The notes under the pieces: generated by a model
The model's input: only the letters and a program-made list of their open reading frames with translations
The model's database searches: none
What the model was told of the DNA's origin: nothing
Program-made: the position numbers and the translations under genes
Part shown: in pieces, positions 48,837-64,000 of the stretch
Layout: each line of letters begins with the position of its first letter
Position numbering within the stretch: position 1 is the first letter of the stretch
From: the human T2T-CHM13v2.0 reference genome, Homo sapiens
Length of the DNA stretch: 64,000 nt
Direction: 5' to 3' (one strand)
Assembly: GCF_009914755.1 (NCBI RefSeq)
Contig: NC_060937.1

Positions 48837-51800
48837 GTCCACCTGCAGACTCCACAAAAAGATTGTTTCCAAACTTCTCATTCAAAAGAATGCTCAACTC
48901 TGTGAGATGAACACACACATCACAAAGAAGTTTCTCAGAATTCTTCTGTCTAGTTTTTAGGTGAAGATGTTTCCTTTTCCACTATAGGCCTCAAAGCGCT
49001 CCAAATGTCCACTTGCAGATTATACAAAAAGAGAGTTAAAAAACTGATTAAACAAATGAGAGGTTTAACTCTGTGAGATGAATTCACACATCACAAAGAA
49101 GTTTCTCAGATTGCTTCTCTCTACATTCTATGTGAAGATATTTCCTTTTCTAAGATAGGCAGCAAAGCGTTCCAAATGCCCACATGCAGATTCTACAAAA
49201 AGAGTGTTTCCAAACTGCTGAATCAAAAGAAAGGATCAACTCGGTGAGATGAACGCACGCATCAAAGCGAAGTTTCTCAGAATTCTTCTGTCCAGTTTTT
49301 ATGTGAATATAGTTCCTTTTCCACCATAGGCTTCAAAGCACTCCAAATGTGCACTTGCAGATTCTACAAAAAAAAAAGTTTCCAAACTGCTCAATCAAAA
49401 GAAAGGTTTAACTCTGTGAGACGAATGCACACATTACAAAGTAGTTTCTCAGATTGCTTCGGTCTAGATTTTTTGTGAAGATATTTTCTCTTATAACATA
49501 GGCCGCAAAGCACACAAAATGTCCATTTGCAGATTCTACAAAAAGAGTATTTCCAAACTGCTCAATCAAAAGGAAGTTTCAACTCTGTGAGATGAATGCA
49601 CACATCACAAAGAAGTTTCTCAGAATTCTTCTGTCTAGTTTTTATGTGAAGATATTTCCTTTCCCACTATAGGCCTCAAAGCGCTCAAAATATGCAATTT
49701 CAGATTCTACAAAAAGAGAGTTTCAAAATTCCTCAATCAAAAGAAATATTTAACTCTGTGAGATGAATGCACACATCACAAATAAGTTTTTCAGAATTCT
49801 TCTGTCTAGTCTTTATGTGAAGATATTTCCTTTTCCACAATGGTCCTCAAAGCCCTCCAAATGTCCACTTGCAGATTCTATGAAAGGAGAGTTTCGAAAC
49901 TCCTCAATCAAAAGAAGGTTTAACTCTTTGAGGTGAATGAACACTTCACTAAGAAGTTTCTCAGATTACTTCTGTCTAGATTTTATGTGAAGATATTTCC
50001 TTTTCTAACGTAGGCCGGAAGGTGCTCCAAATGTCCACTTGCAGAATCTACAAAAAGAGTGTTTATAAACTGCTAAATCAAAAGAAAGATTCAACTGTGT
50101 GGGATGAACGCCAGCATCACAAAGAAGTTTCTCAGAAATCTTCTGTCTAGTTTTTATGTGAAGATATTTCCTTTTCCACCATAGGCCTAAAAACGATCAC
50201 ACACATCACAAAGAAGTTTCTCAGGATTCTTCTACCTAGTTTTTATTTGAAGATATTTCCTTTTCCACCATAGGTGTCCAAGCTCTCCAAATGTCCATTT
50301 GCAGATTCTACAAAAAGAGAGTTTCAAAACTCCCAATCAAAAGAAATGTTTAAATTTTTGAGGTAAATGCACACATCAGAAAGAAGTTTCTCAGAAATCT
50401 GTCTAGTTTTTATGTGAAGATATTTCCTTTTCCATCATAGGCCTCAAGGCACTCCAAACGTCTACTTGCTGATTCTTCAAAAAGAGAGTTTCAAAATTGC
50501 TCAATAAAAAGACAATTTTAACTCTGTGAGATGAATGCACACATCACAAAGTAGTTTCTCAGATTGCTTCTGTCTTGATTTAATGTGAAGATATTTCTTT
50601 TATTCAATAAACTGCAAAGCTCTCCACAAGTCCACTAGCAGCTTTGACAAAAAGACTGTTTCCATACTGCTCAAGAAAATAAAGGTTCAACTTTGTGGGA
50701 TGAACACACACATCACAAAGAAGTTTCTCAGAATTCTTCTGCCTATTTTTTATGTGAAGATATTTCCTTTTTCACCATAGGCCTCCAAGTACTCCAAATG
50801 TCCACTTGCAGATTCTACAAAAAGAGAGTTTCAAAACTGCTCAATCAAAAGAAAGGTTTAACTCTCTGGGATGAATGCACACATCTCAAAAAAGTTTCTC
50901 AGATTGCTTCTGTCTAGATTTTATGTGAAGATTTTTCCTTTTATACCATAGGCTGCAAAGCTCTCCAAATGTCCAATTACAGATTCTACAAAAAGAGTGT
51001 TTCCTAACTGCTCAATCAAAGGAAAGGTTGAACTTTGTGAGATGAATGGACACATCACAAACAAGTTTCTCAGAATTCTTCTGCCTATTTTTTATTTGAT
51101 ATTTCCTTTTCCACCATGGGCCTCAAAGCCCTCCAAATGTCCACTTACAGATTCTACAAAAACAGTGTCTCCATACTGCTCATTAAAAAGAAAGTTTCAA
51201 CTCCGTGAGAGGAATGCACACATCACAAAGCCGTTCCTCAGAATTCTTCTGTCTTTTTTTTATGTGAAGATATTTCCTTTTCAACCATACACCACAAAGT
51301 ACTCCAAATGTCTGCTTGTGGCTTCTACAAAAAGAGAGTTTGCAAAATGCACAATAAAAAGAAAAGGTTTAATTATGTAAGTTGAGTGCACATATCTCAA
51401 AGAAGTTTCTCAGATTGCTTCTGTCTAGATTTTTTGTGAAGATTTTCTTTTTTACTACCATAGGCTGCAAAGCGCTCCAAATGTCTAATAGCAGATTCTA
51501 CAAAAAGAGTGTTTCCAAACTGCTCAGTTAAAGGAAAGGTTCTACTCTGCGAGATAATGCACACATCACCAAGAAGTTTCTCAGAATTCTTCTGCCTAGT
51601 TTTTATGTTAAGATATTTCCTTTTCCACCATGGTCCTCAAAGCGCTCCAAATGTAAACTTGCAGACTCTACAAAAAGAGAGCTTTGAATCTCCTCAATCA
51701 AAGGAAAGTTTTAACTCTTTGAGGTTAATGCACACATCACAAAGGAGTTTCTCAGATTGCTTCTGTCTAGATTTTATGTGAGGATCTTACCTTTTCTGAC

Positions 51801-54447
51801 ATAGGCCGTAAAGCGCTCCAAATGTCCACTTGCAGAATCTACTAAAAGATTGTTTCCAAAATGCTGAATCAAAAGAAAGTTTCAACTCGGTGAGATGTAC
51901 CTACACATAACAGTGAAGTTTCTCAGAATTCTTCTGTCTAGTTTTTATGTGAAAATATTTCGTTTTCCACCATAGTCCTCAAAGCGCTTCAAATGTCCAC
52001 TTGCATATTCTACAGAAAGAGAGCCTGAAAACTCCTCAATGGAAAGAAATATTTAACACTGTGAGGTGAATGTACACATCACAAATTAGTTTCTCAGATC
52101 ACTTCTGTCTAGATTTTATGTGAAGGTATTTACTTTTCTAACCCAGGCCAAAAGGTGAACCAAATGTCCACTTGCAGATTCTACAGAAAGAGTGTTTCCA
52201 AACTTCTCTATCAAAAGAAAGGTTCAACTCTGTGAGATAAACGCACACATCACAAAGAAGTTTCTAAGAATTCTTCTCTCTAGTATTTATGTGAAGATAT
52301 TTCCTTTTCTACAATAGACCTCAAAGTGCTCCAAATGTCCACTTGCAGATCCTACAGAAAGAGAATTTCAAAACTGCTCAATCAAAAGAAAGGTTTAACT
52401 CTGTGAGATGAATACACACATCACAAAGAAGTTTCCCAGATTGCTTTTGTCTAGATTTTATGTGAAGATATTTCCTTTTCTGCCATAGGCCAAAAAGCAC
52501 TCCAAATATGCACTTGAAGATTCTACAAAAACATTGTTTCCATTCTGCTCAATCAAAAGAAAGATTCAACTCCATGAGATAAATGCACACATCACAAAGA
52601 GGTTTCTCAGAATTCTTCTCTCTAGTTTTTATATGAAGATATTTCCTTTTCCACCACAGGCCTCCAAGTACTCCAAATGTCCACTTGCAGATTCTACAAA
52701 AAGAGAGTTTCAAAACTGCTCAATCAAAAGAAAGGTTTAACTCTGTGGGATGAATGCACACATCTCAAAGAAGTTTCTCACATTGCTACTGTCTAGGTTT
52801 TACGTGAAGATTTTTCCTTTTCTACCATAGGCCACAAAGCACTCCAAACTTCCAGTTGCAGATTCTACAAAAAGAGTGTTTCCAAATTGCTCAATTGAAG
52901 GAAAGGTTCAACTTTGTGAGATGAACGCACACATCACAAAGGAGTTTCTCAGAATTCTTCTTCCCATTTTTTATTTTAAGATATTTCCTTTTCCACCATG
53001 GCCTCAAAGCACTCCAAATGTCCACTTGCGAATTCTACAAAAATAGTGTCTGCATACTGCTCAATAAAAAGAAAGTTTCAACTCCGTGAGAGGAATGCAC
53101 ACAACACAAAGCGGTTTCTCAGAATTCTTCTGTCTTGTTTTTATGTTAAGATATTTCCTTTTCCACCATACACCTCAAAGTACTCCAAATGTCTGCTTGT
53201 GGCTTCTTCAAAAAGAGAGTTTCCAAACTTCTCAATAAAAAAAAAGGTTTAACTCTGTGAATTGAATGCACACATCTCAAAGAAGTTTCTCATATTGTTT
53301 CTGCCTAGATTTTATGTGAAGATTTTTTTTTTTACTACCATAGGCTGCAAAGCACTCCACATATCCAATTGCAGATTCTACAAAAAGAGTGTTTCCGAAC
53401 TGCTCAGTCAAAGGAAAGTTCTACTCTGTCAGATGAATGCACACATCACAAAGAATTTTCTCACAATTCTTCTGCCTAGTTTTTATGTTAAGATATTTCC
53501 TTTTCCACCATGGTCCTCAAATCGTTCCAAATGTCTACTTGCAGACTCTACAAAAAGAGAGCTTTGAATCTCCTCAATCAAAGGAAAGTTTTAACTCTCT
53601 GAGGTTAACGCACACATCACAAAGGAGTTTCTCAGATTGCTTCTGTCTAGATGTTATGTGAAGATCTTATCTTTTCTGACATAGGCCGCAAAGCGCTCTA
53701 AATGTCCACTTGCAGAATCTGCTAAAAGAATGTTTCAAAAATGCTGAATCAAAAGAAAGGTTCAACTCGGTGAGATGTACCTACAATTAACAGGGAAGTT
53801 TCTCAGAATTCTTTTATATAGTATTTATGTGAAGATATTTCCTTTTCCACCATAGTCCTCAAAGCACTTCAAATGTCCACTTGCATATTCTACGGAAAGA
53901 GAGCCTGAAAACTCCTCAATGAAAAGAAATATTTAACACTGTGACATAAGTGCACACATCACAAAGTAGTTTCTCAGATTGCTTCTGTCTAGATTTTATG
54001 TGAAGGTATTTCCTTTTCTAACATAGGCCACAAGGTGCTCCAAATGTCCACTTGTAGATTCTACAAAAAGAGTGTTTCCAAACTGCTCTATCAAAAGTAA
54101 GGTTCAACTCTGTGACATGAACGCACACATCACAAGGAAGTTTCTCAGAATTCTTCTGTCTAGTATTTATGTGACGATATTTCCTTTTCCACCGTAGACC
54201 TCAAAGCGCTCCGAATATCCACTTGCAGATTCTACAGAAAGAGAATTTCAAAACTGCTCAATCAAAAGAAAGGTTTAACTCTGTGTGATGAATGCACACA
54301 TCTCAAAGAAGTTTCTCAGAATGCTTCTGTATAGATTTTATGTGAAGATATTTCCTTTTCTATATAGGCCGCAAAGCGCTCCAAACGTCCACTTGCAGAA
54401 TCTAGAAAAAGAGTGTTTCCAAACTGCTGAATCGAAAGAAAGTTTCA
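48837..54447 (-). repeat. Alpha satellite, inverted orientation, largely dimeric
   Basis: The plus strand reads gtccacttgcagattctacaaaaagag...ttctcagaattcttctgtctag / ttctcagattgcttctgtctag, mostly alternating. This is the reverse complement of the ALR consensus. Confidence 0.97.
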
Positions 54448-56743
<2,296 letters not shown>

Positions 56744-59700
56744 AAGGAAAGGTTCAATTCTGTGAGATGAATGCACACATCACAAAGAAGTTACTCAGAT
56801 TGCTTCTGTTTAGATTTTATGTGAAGATATTTCCTTTTCTACCATAGGCCCCAAAGCGCTCCAAATGTGCACTTGCAGATTCTACAAAAAGAGTGTTTCC
56901 AAGCTGCTCAATCAAAAGAAAGCTTCAACTTTGTGAGATGAACGCCCACATCACAAAGAAGTTTCTAAGAATTCTTCCGTCTAGTTTTTATGTGGAGATA
57001 TTTCCTTTCCCACTATAGGCTTCAAATCGCTCCAAATGTCCAATTGCAGATTCTACAAACAGAGTTTCAAAACACCTCAATCAAAAGAAATGTTTAACTC
57101 TCTGAGATGAATGCACACATCATAAAAAGTTTCTCAGATTGCCTCTGTCTAGATTTTATGTGAAGATATTTCCTTTTCTGCCATAGGCCGCAAATCGCTC
57201 CAAGTGTCTACATGCAGTTTCCAAACTGTTCAATCAAAAGAAAAGTTCAACTCTGTGAGATGAAAGCACATATCACAAAGAAGTTTCCCAGATTGCTTCT
57301 GTCTGGATTGTATGTGAAGGTATTTCCTTTTCTACCATAGGCCACAAAGTGTTCCAAATGTCCAACTGCAGATACTACAAAAAGAGTGTTTCCAATCTGC
57401 TCATTCAAAAGAAAGGTTTAACTCTGTGAGATAAATGCACACATCACAAAGAAGTTTCTGAGATTGTTTCTGTCTAGATTTTATGTGAAGATATTTCCTT
57501 TTCTACCATAAGCCACAAAGCGCTCCAAATGTCCACTTGCAGATTCTGCAAAAAGATGGTTTCCAAACTGCTCCATCTAAAGAAAGCTTCAAATCTGTGA
57601 GATAAATGCACCCATCACAAAGAAGTTTCTCAGAGTTCTTCTGTTTAGTTTTTATGTGAAGATATTTCATTTTCCACCATAGTCCTCAAGGCACTAGAAA
57701 TGTCCAGTTGCAGATTCTACAAAAAGAGTACCTCAAAACTAGTTCATCAAAAGAAAGTTTCAACTCTGGGAGATGAAGGCACACATTACAAAGACGTTTC
57801 TCAGAATGTTTCTATGTAGTTTTTATGTGAAGATATTTCCTTTTTCAACATAGGCCTCAAAGCACTCCAAATACCCACTTGCAGATTCTACAAAAAGAGG
57901 GTTTCAAAACTGCTCAATCAACACAAAGTTTTAACACTGTGAGATGAAAGCACACACCACAAAGTTTTTCAGATTGCTTGTGTCTAGATTTTATGGGAAG
58001 ATATTTCCTTTTCTACCATAGCCTGCTAAGCGCTCCAAATATCCACTTCCAGATTCTACAAAGAGTGTTTCCAAACTGCATAATCAAAAGAAAGGTTCAG
58101 CTCTGTGATATAAACGTACACATCACAAAGCAGTTTCTCACCATTCTTCTGTCTAGTTTTTATGTGAAGATACTTCCTACTCCAACATAGGCCTCAAAGC
58201 GCTCCAAGTGTCCACTTGCAGATCCTACAGAAAGAGAGTTTCAAAACGGCTCAATCAAAAGAAAGGTTTAATTCTGTGAGGTGAATGCACACATCAAAAA
58301 GAAGTTTCTCAAATTGCTTCGGTCTAGATTTTATGTGAAGATATTTCCTTTTTTAACATAGGCCAAAAAGTGCTTCAAATGTCCACTTGCAGATTCTACA
58401 AAAAGAGAGTTTCAAAACTGCTCCATCAAAAGAAAGACTCAACTATGTGAGATGAATGCCCACATCACAAAGAAGTTTCTCAGATTGATTCCGTGTAGAT
58501 TTTATGTTAAGATATTTCATTCTTTTTACCATAGGCCACAAATCGCTCAAAATGTTCACTTGCAGATTCTAAAAAAAGAGTGCTTCGAAACTGCTCTATC
58601 AAAAGAAAAGTTCACCTCTGTGAGATGAACGCACACATTACAAAGAAGTTTCTCAGAATTCTTCTGTCTAGTTTTTATGTGAAGCTATTTCCTTTTCCAA
58701 CTTAGGCCTCAAAGCGCTCCCAGTGTCCAACTGCAGATTCAACAAAAAGAGAGTTTCAAAACTGCTCAATCAAAAGAAAGGTTTCACTTAGTGAGATGAA
58801 TGCACACATCACAGAGAAGTTTCTAAGATTGCTTCTGTCAAGATTTTATATGAAGATATTTCACTTTCCACCATAGGCCTCAAGGTGCTCGAAATGCCCC
58901 CTGGCACATTCCACAAAAGGAGTATTTCAAACCTGGTCCATCAAAAGAAAGTTTCAACTCTTTGAGATGAATGCACACATCACAAACAAGTTCCTCAGAA
59001 TGCTTCTGTCTAGTTTTTATGTGAACATATTTCCTTTTCCACTGTAGGCCTCAAAGCACTCCCAATGTCAGTTTGCAGATTCTACAAAAATAGAGTTTCA
59101 AAACTACTCCATCGAAAGTAAGTTTTCACTCTGTGAGATTAATGCACACATCACAAAGATGTTTCTCAGATTGCTTCTGTCTGGATTTACTGTGAAGAGA
59201 TTTCCTTTTCTACCATAAGCCTCAAAGCGCACCATATGTCCACTGGCAGATTCTACAAAAAGAGTGTTTCCAAACTGCTCAATCAAAAGAAAGGTTCACC
59301 TCTGTGATATGAACACACAAATCACAAAGAAGTTTCTCAGAATTCTTCTGTCTCGTTTTTATGTGAAAGTATTTCTTTTCCCTCTAGAGGCCTCAAGGTG
59401 CAAGAAATGTCCTCTTGCAGATTCTACAAAAAGAGTATTTCAAAACTGGTCCATTAAAAGAGAGGTTCAACTCTGGGAGATGAATGCACACATCATGAAG
59501 AAGTTATTCAGAATGCTTATGTCTAGTTTATTTTTGAAGATATTTCCTTTTCCACCATCGGCCTCAAAGCCCTCCAAATGTCCACTTGCAGATTACACAA
59601 AAAGAGAGTTTCAAAACTGCTGAATCAAAAGAAAGGTTTTACTCTGGAATATGAATGCATGCATCACAAAGATTTTCAGATAGCTTCTGTCTAGATTTTA

Positions 59701-62700
59701 TGTGTAGATATTTCCTTTTCTACCATAGGCTGCAAAAAGCTCCAAATGTCTACTTGCAGATTCTACAAAATAAAGTGTTTCCAAACTCCTCAATCAAAAG
59801 AAAGGCTCAACTCTTTGAGATAAACACACGCATCAAAAAGAAGTTTCTCAGAATTATTCTGTCTAGTTTTTATGTGAGAATATTTCTTTTTCCATCATAG
59901 GACTCAAAGTGCTCCAAATGTCCACGTGCAGGTTCTACAAAAAAAGAGTTTCCAAACTGCTCAATCAAAAGAAAGGTTTAACTCTGTCAGATGAATGCTT
60001 ACATCACAAAGAAGTTTCTCAGATTGCTTCTGTCTAGATTTTAAATGAAGATATATCCTTTTCTACCATAGGCCCCAAGGCGTTCCAAATGTCCACTTGC
60101 AGATTCTACAAAAAGAGTATTTCAAAACTGATACATCAAAAGGAAGGTTCGGCTCTTGGAGATGAATGCACACATCACAAAGAAGTTTCTCAGACTGCTT
60201 CTGTCTAGACATAAGATGAAGATATTTCCCTTTCTACTATAGGCTGCCAAGCACTCCAAATGTACACTGGCAGATTCTACAAAAAGTGTGTTTCCAAACT
60301 GCTCAATCAAAAGAAATGTTCAACTCTGTGAGATGAACGCACATATCACAAAGAAGATTTTCAGAGTCCTTCTGTCTAGTTTTTATCTGAAGATATTTCC
60401 TTTTCCACCTTAGTCCTCAAAGCCCTCAAAATGTCCACTTGCAGATTCTACAAAAAGAGAGTTTCCAAACTGCTCAATCAAAAGAAAGGTTCAACTCTGT
60501 CAGATGAATGCACACATCACAAAGAAGTTTATCTGGTTGTTTCGGCAGAGATTTATATGAAGATACTTCCTTTTCTACCATAGGCCACAAAGGGCTCCAA
60601 ATGTCCACTTACAGATTCTAAAGAAGGAGAGTCTCCAAACTGCTCAATTAAAAGAAGGTTCATCTGTGTGAGATGAACGCCCACAACAAAAGAACTTTCA
60701 CAGAATTCTTCTCTCTAGTTTTCATGTGAAGATATTTCCTTTTTCACCATAGGCCTCAAAGCCCTCCTAATGTCCAGCTGAAGATACTAGAAAATGAGTG
60801 TTTCCAAAATGCTCCATCAAAAGAAACTTTGAACTCTGTGAGATGAACGCACACATCACAAAGTAGTTTTTCAGAATTCTTCTGTCTAGTTTTTTTGTGA
60901 AGATATTTTCTTTTCCACCATAGGTATCAAATCGCTCTAAATATCCACTTGCAGATTCTGCAAAAAGAGATGTTCAAAACTGCTCAATATAAAGAAAATT
61001 TTAACTCTGTGACATGAATGCACACATCAGAAAGAAGTTTCTCAGATTGCTTCTTTCTAGATTTTATGTGAAGATATTTCCTTTTCTACCACAGGCCGCA
61101 AAGTGCTCCAAATGTCCATTTGCAGATCTTACAAATGATTGTTTCCAAACTGCTCAATCAAAAGAAAGATTCAACTCTGTGAGATGAATGCACAAATCAC
61201 AAAGTAGTTTCTCAGAATTCTTCTGTCTAAATTTAATATAAAGATTTTCTTTTCCACCAAAGGCCTCAAAGCCCACCAAATGTTCACTTGCAGATTCTAC
61301 AAAAAGAGAATTTCAAAACTGCTCAATCCAAAGAAAGGTTTAACTCTGTGAGATGAATGCACTCATCACAAAGAAGTTTCTCAGATTGCTTCTGTCTAGA
61401 TTTTATGTGAAGATATTTCTTTTCTACCTTAGGCCGCAAAGGGTTCCAAATGTCCACTTGTAGATTTTACAAAAAGAGTGTTTCCAAACTAATCAATCTA
61501 AACAAAGGTTCAAATCTGTGAGATGAACACATGCATCACAAAGAAGTTTCTCAGAATTCTTCTTTCTAGTTTTTATGTGAAGATATTTCCTTTTCCACCG
61601 TAGGCCTCATATCTGTTCAAAAGTCCACTTGCATATTATATAAAAAGAGAGCGCAAAACTGCTGAATCAAAAGAAAGGTTTAACTCTGTGAGATGAATGC
61701 ATATGTCACAAAGAAGTTTCTCAGATTGCTTCTGTGTAGATTTTAATTGAAGATTATTCCGTTTCTACCATTGACTGCAAAGCGTACAAATTTTCCACTT
61801 GCAGATTCTCCAAAAGAGTGTTTCCAAACTTCTCAATCAAAAGAAAAGTTCAACTCTGTGGGATGAATGTACACATCACAGTTGAAGTTTCCTGGAATTA
61901 TTCTGTCTAGTTATTATGTGAAGATATTTCATTTTCCACCATAGGCCCCAAGGCGCTCCAAATGTCCACTTGCAGATCCAACAAAAAGATTATTTCAATA
62001 TTGGTCCATAAAAAGAAATGTTGAATTCTGGGAAATGAATGCACACATCACAAAGAAGTTTCTCAGAATGTTTCTAAATAGTTTTTTTCTGAAGATATTT
62101 CTTTTCCTCCATAGGCCTCAAAACTCTCCAAATATACTCTTGCAGATTCTGCAAAAAGAGTGTTTCCAAACTGCTCAATAAAAGAAAGGTTCAACTCTGT
62201 GAGATGAACGTACACATCAAAAAGAAGTTTCTCAGAAACCTTCTGTTTAGTTTTTAGGTGAAGATATTTCCATTTTTCGTCATAGACCTCAAAGCGCCTT
62301 AAACGTCCACTAGCAGATTCTAAAAAAAAAACTGCTCAATTAAAAGAAAGGTTTAACTCTGTGACATGAATACATACATCAGAGTGTAGTTTCTCAGATT
62401 GCTTCTGTCTAGATTTTATGTGAAGATATATCCTTTCCTATCATAGGTCTCAAAGCACTCCAAATGTCCACTTGCAGATTCTACAAAAGAGAGTTTCAAA
62501 ACTGCTCATTCAAAGAAAATTTTAACTCTATGAGATGAATGCAAACATCACAAAGAAATTTCTCAGATGGCTTCTGTCTAGATTTTATGTGAAGATATTT
62601 CTTTTTCTATCATAGGCCGTGAAGCACTCCAAATGTCCACTTGCAGATTCTACAAAAAGAGTTTCAAAACTGCTTAATCAAAAGAAAGGTTTAACTCTGT

Positions 62701-63527
62701 GAGATGAATGCACACATCAGAAAGAATTTTCTCAGATTGCTTCTGTCTAGATTTTATGTGAAGATATTTCCTTTTCCAGCATAGACCTCAAGGCGCACAA
62801 AATGTCTGCTTGCAGATCCTTCAAAAAGAGGATTTCAAAACTGATCCTTCATAAGAAAGATTAAACTTTGAGATATGAATGTACACATCACAAAGAGGTT
62901 TCTCAGAATGCTTCTGTCCAGTTTTTATGTGAAGATATTTTCTTTTCCACCATAGGCCTCAAGACACTCGAAATGTCCACTTGCAGATTCTACAAAAAGA
63001 GTATTTCAAAACTGGTCCTTCAAAAAAAAATGCTCAAGTCAGGGACATGAATGCATATATCACAAAGAAGTTTCTCAGAAAGCTTCTATCTGGTTTTTAT
63101 GTGAAGATATTTCCTTTTACACCATAGGCTTCAAAGCACTCCAAACGTCCACTTGCAGATTCTACAAAAAGAGTTTCAAAACTGCTCCATCAAAAGAAAG
63201 TTTCAACTCTGTGAGATGAATGTACAAATCACAAAGAAGTTTCTCAGAATTCTTCTCTCTAGTTTTTATGTGAAGGTATTTCCTTTTCCACCGTAGGCCT
63301 CAAAGCGCTCCAAATATCCACTTGCAGGAGCTACAAAAAGAGAGTTTCAAAACTGCTCCATCAAAAGAAATGTTTAACTCTATGACATGAACGCACACAT
63401 CACAAAGAGGTTTCTCAGGTTGCTTCTGTCTAGATTTTATGTGAAGATATTTCCTTTGCTACCATAGGTTGCAATGCACTCCAAATGTCCACTTGCAGAT
63501 TCTACAAAAAGAATGTTTCAAAACTGG
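56744..63527 (-). repeat. Alpha satellite, inverted orientation, diverged and largely dimeric
   Basis: Same monomer types as 48837-54447, resuming after the L1 TSD. Confidence 0.97.
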
Positions 63528-64000
63528 AACAGACCTGCAGCTGAGGGACCTGTCTGTTAGAAGGAGAACTAACAAACAGAAAGGACATCCACAACAAAAA
63601 CCCATCTGTACATCGCCATCATCAAACACCAAAAGTAGATAAAAGCACAAAGATGGGGAAAAAACAGAACAGAAAAACTGGAAACTCTAAAAAGCAGAGT
63701 GCCTCTCCTCCTCAAAAGAAACACAGTTCCTCACCAGCAACGGAACAAAGCTGGATGGAGAATGACTTTGACGAGCTGAGAGAAGAAACCTTCAGATAAT
63801 CAAATTACTCTGAGCTATGGGAGGACATTCAAACCAAAGGCAAAGAGGTTGAAAACTTTGAAAAAAATTTAGAAGAATGTATAATTAGAATAACCAATAC
63901 AGAGAAGTGCTTAAAGGAGCTGATGGAGCTGAAAACCAAGGCTCGAGAACTACGTGAAGAATGCAGAAGCCTCAGGAGCCGATGCCATCAACTGGAAGAA
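63528..64000 (+). mobile_element. L1PA (PA2/PA3-like), 3' part of 5' UTR plus start of ORF1, continuing beyond the window
   Basis: aacagacctgcagctgaggg..tgtctgttagaagg..aacaaacagaaaggacatcc (L1 5' UTR end) directly follows alpha sequence aaaactgg, then ATG at 63653. Confidence 0.95.
63653..64000 (+). pseudogene. ORF1: L1 ORF1p N-terminus with premature stop
   Basis: Translates MGKKQNRKTGNSKKQSASPPQKKHSSSPATEQSWMENDFDELREETFR* (TAA at 63797-63799, codon 49), then in frame SNYSELWEDIQTKGKEVENFEKNLEECIIRITNTEKCLKELMELKTKARELREECRSLRSRCHQLEE. Confidence 0.93.

Overview
This is hominoid (human or great-ape) pericentromeric heterochromatin. I find no genuine protein-coding gene, RNA gene or CRISPR array. 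Bases 1-24467 are a diverged HSat3-like (GGAAT/GGAGT)n satellite with the G-rich strand on +. It is a composite repeat: about 41 co-oriented copies of a ~75-bp cassette, each carrying the 3'-terminal ~56 bp of an old (AluJ-like) Alu, are interspersed in it. The array also shows a decayed ~4.3-5 kb higher-order duplication and one AluY inserted into a cassette. It joins directly to non-HOR alpha satellite with no CENP-B boxes seen (24468-63527). The alpha satellite is layered (monomeric, dimeric, a different monomer type, then dimeric again), flips strand at ~48835, and contains decayed 2-, 9- and 11-monomer duplications. Inserted in it are a full-length SVA with a ~200-bp 3' transduction, two 5'-truncated L1PA elements, one twin-primed (5'-inverted) L1PA, and the 5' part of an L1PA with a dead ORF1 that runs off the window. 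All supplied ORFs are repeat artefacts or L1 remnants. The most notable structure is the Alu-fragment/pentamer composite satellite. I see no evidence for a new protein-based system. Coordinates were read by eye and may be off by a few bases.
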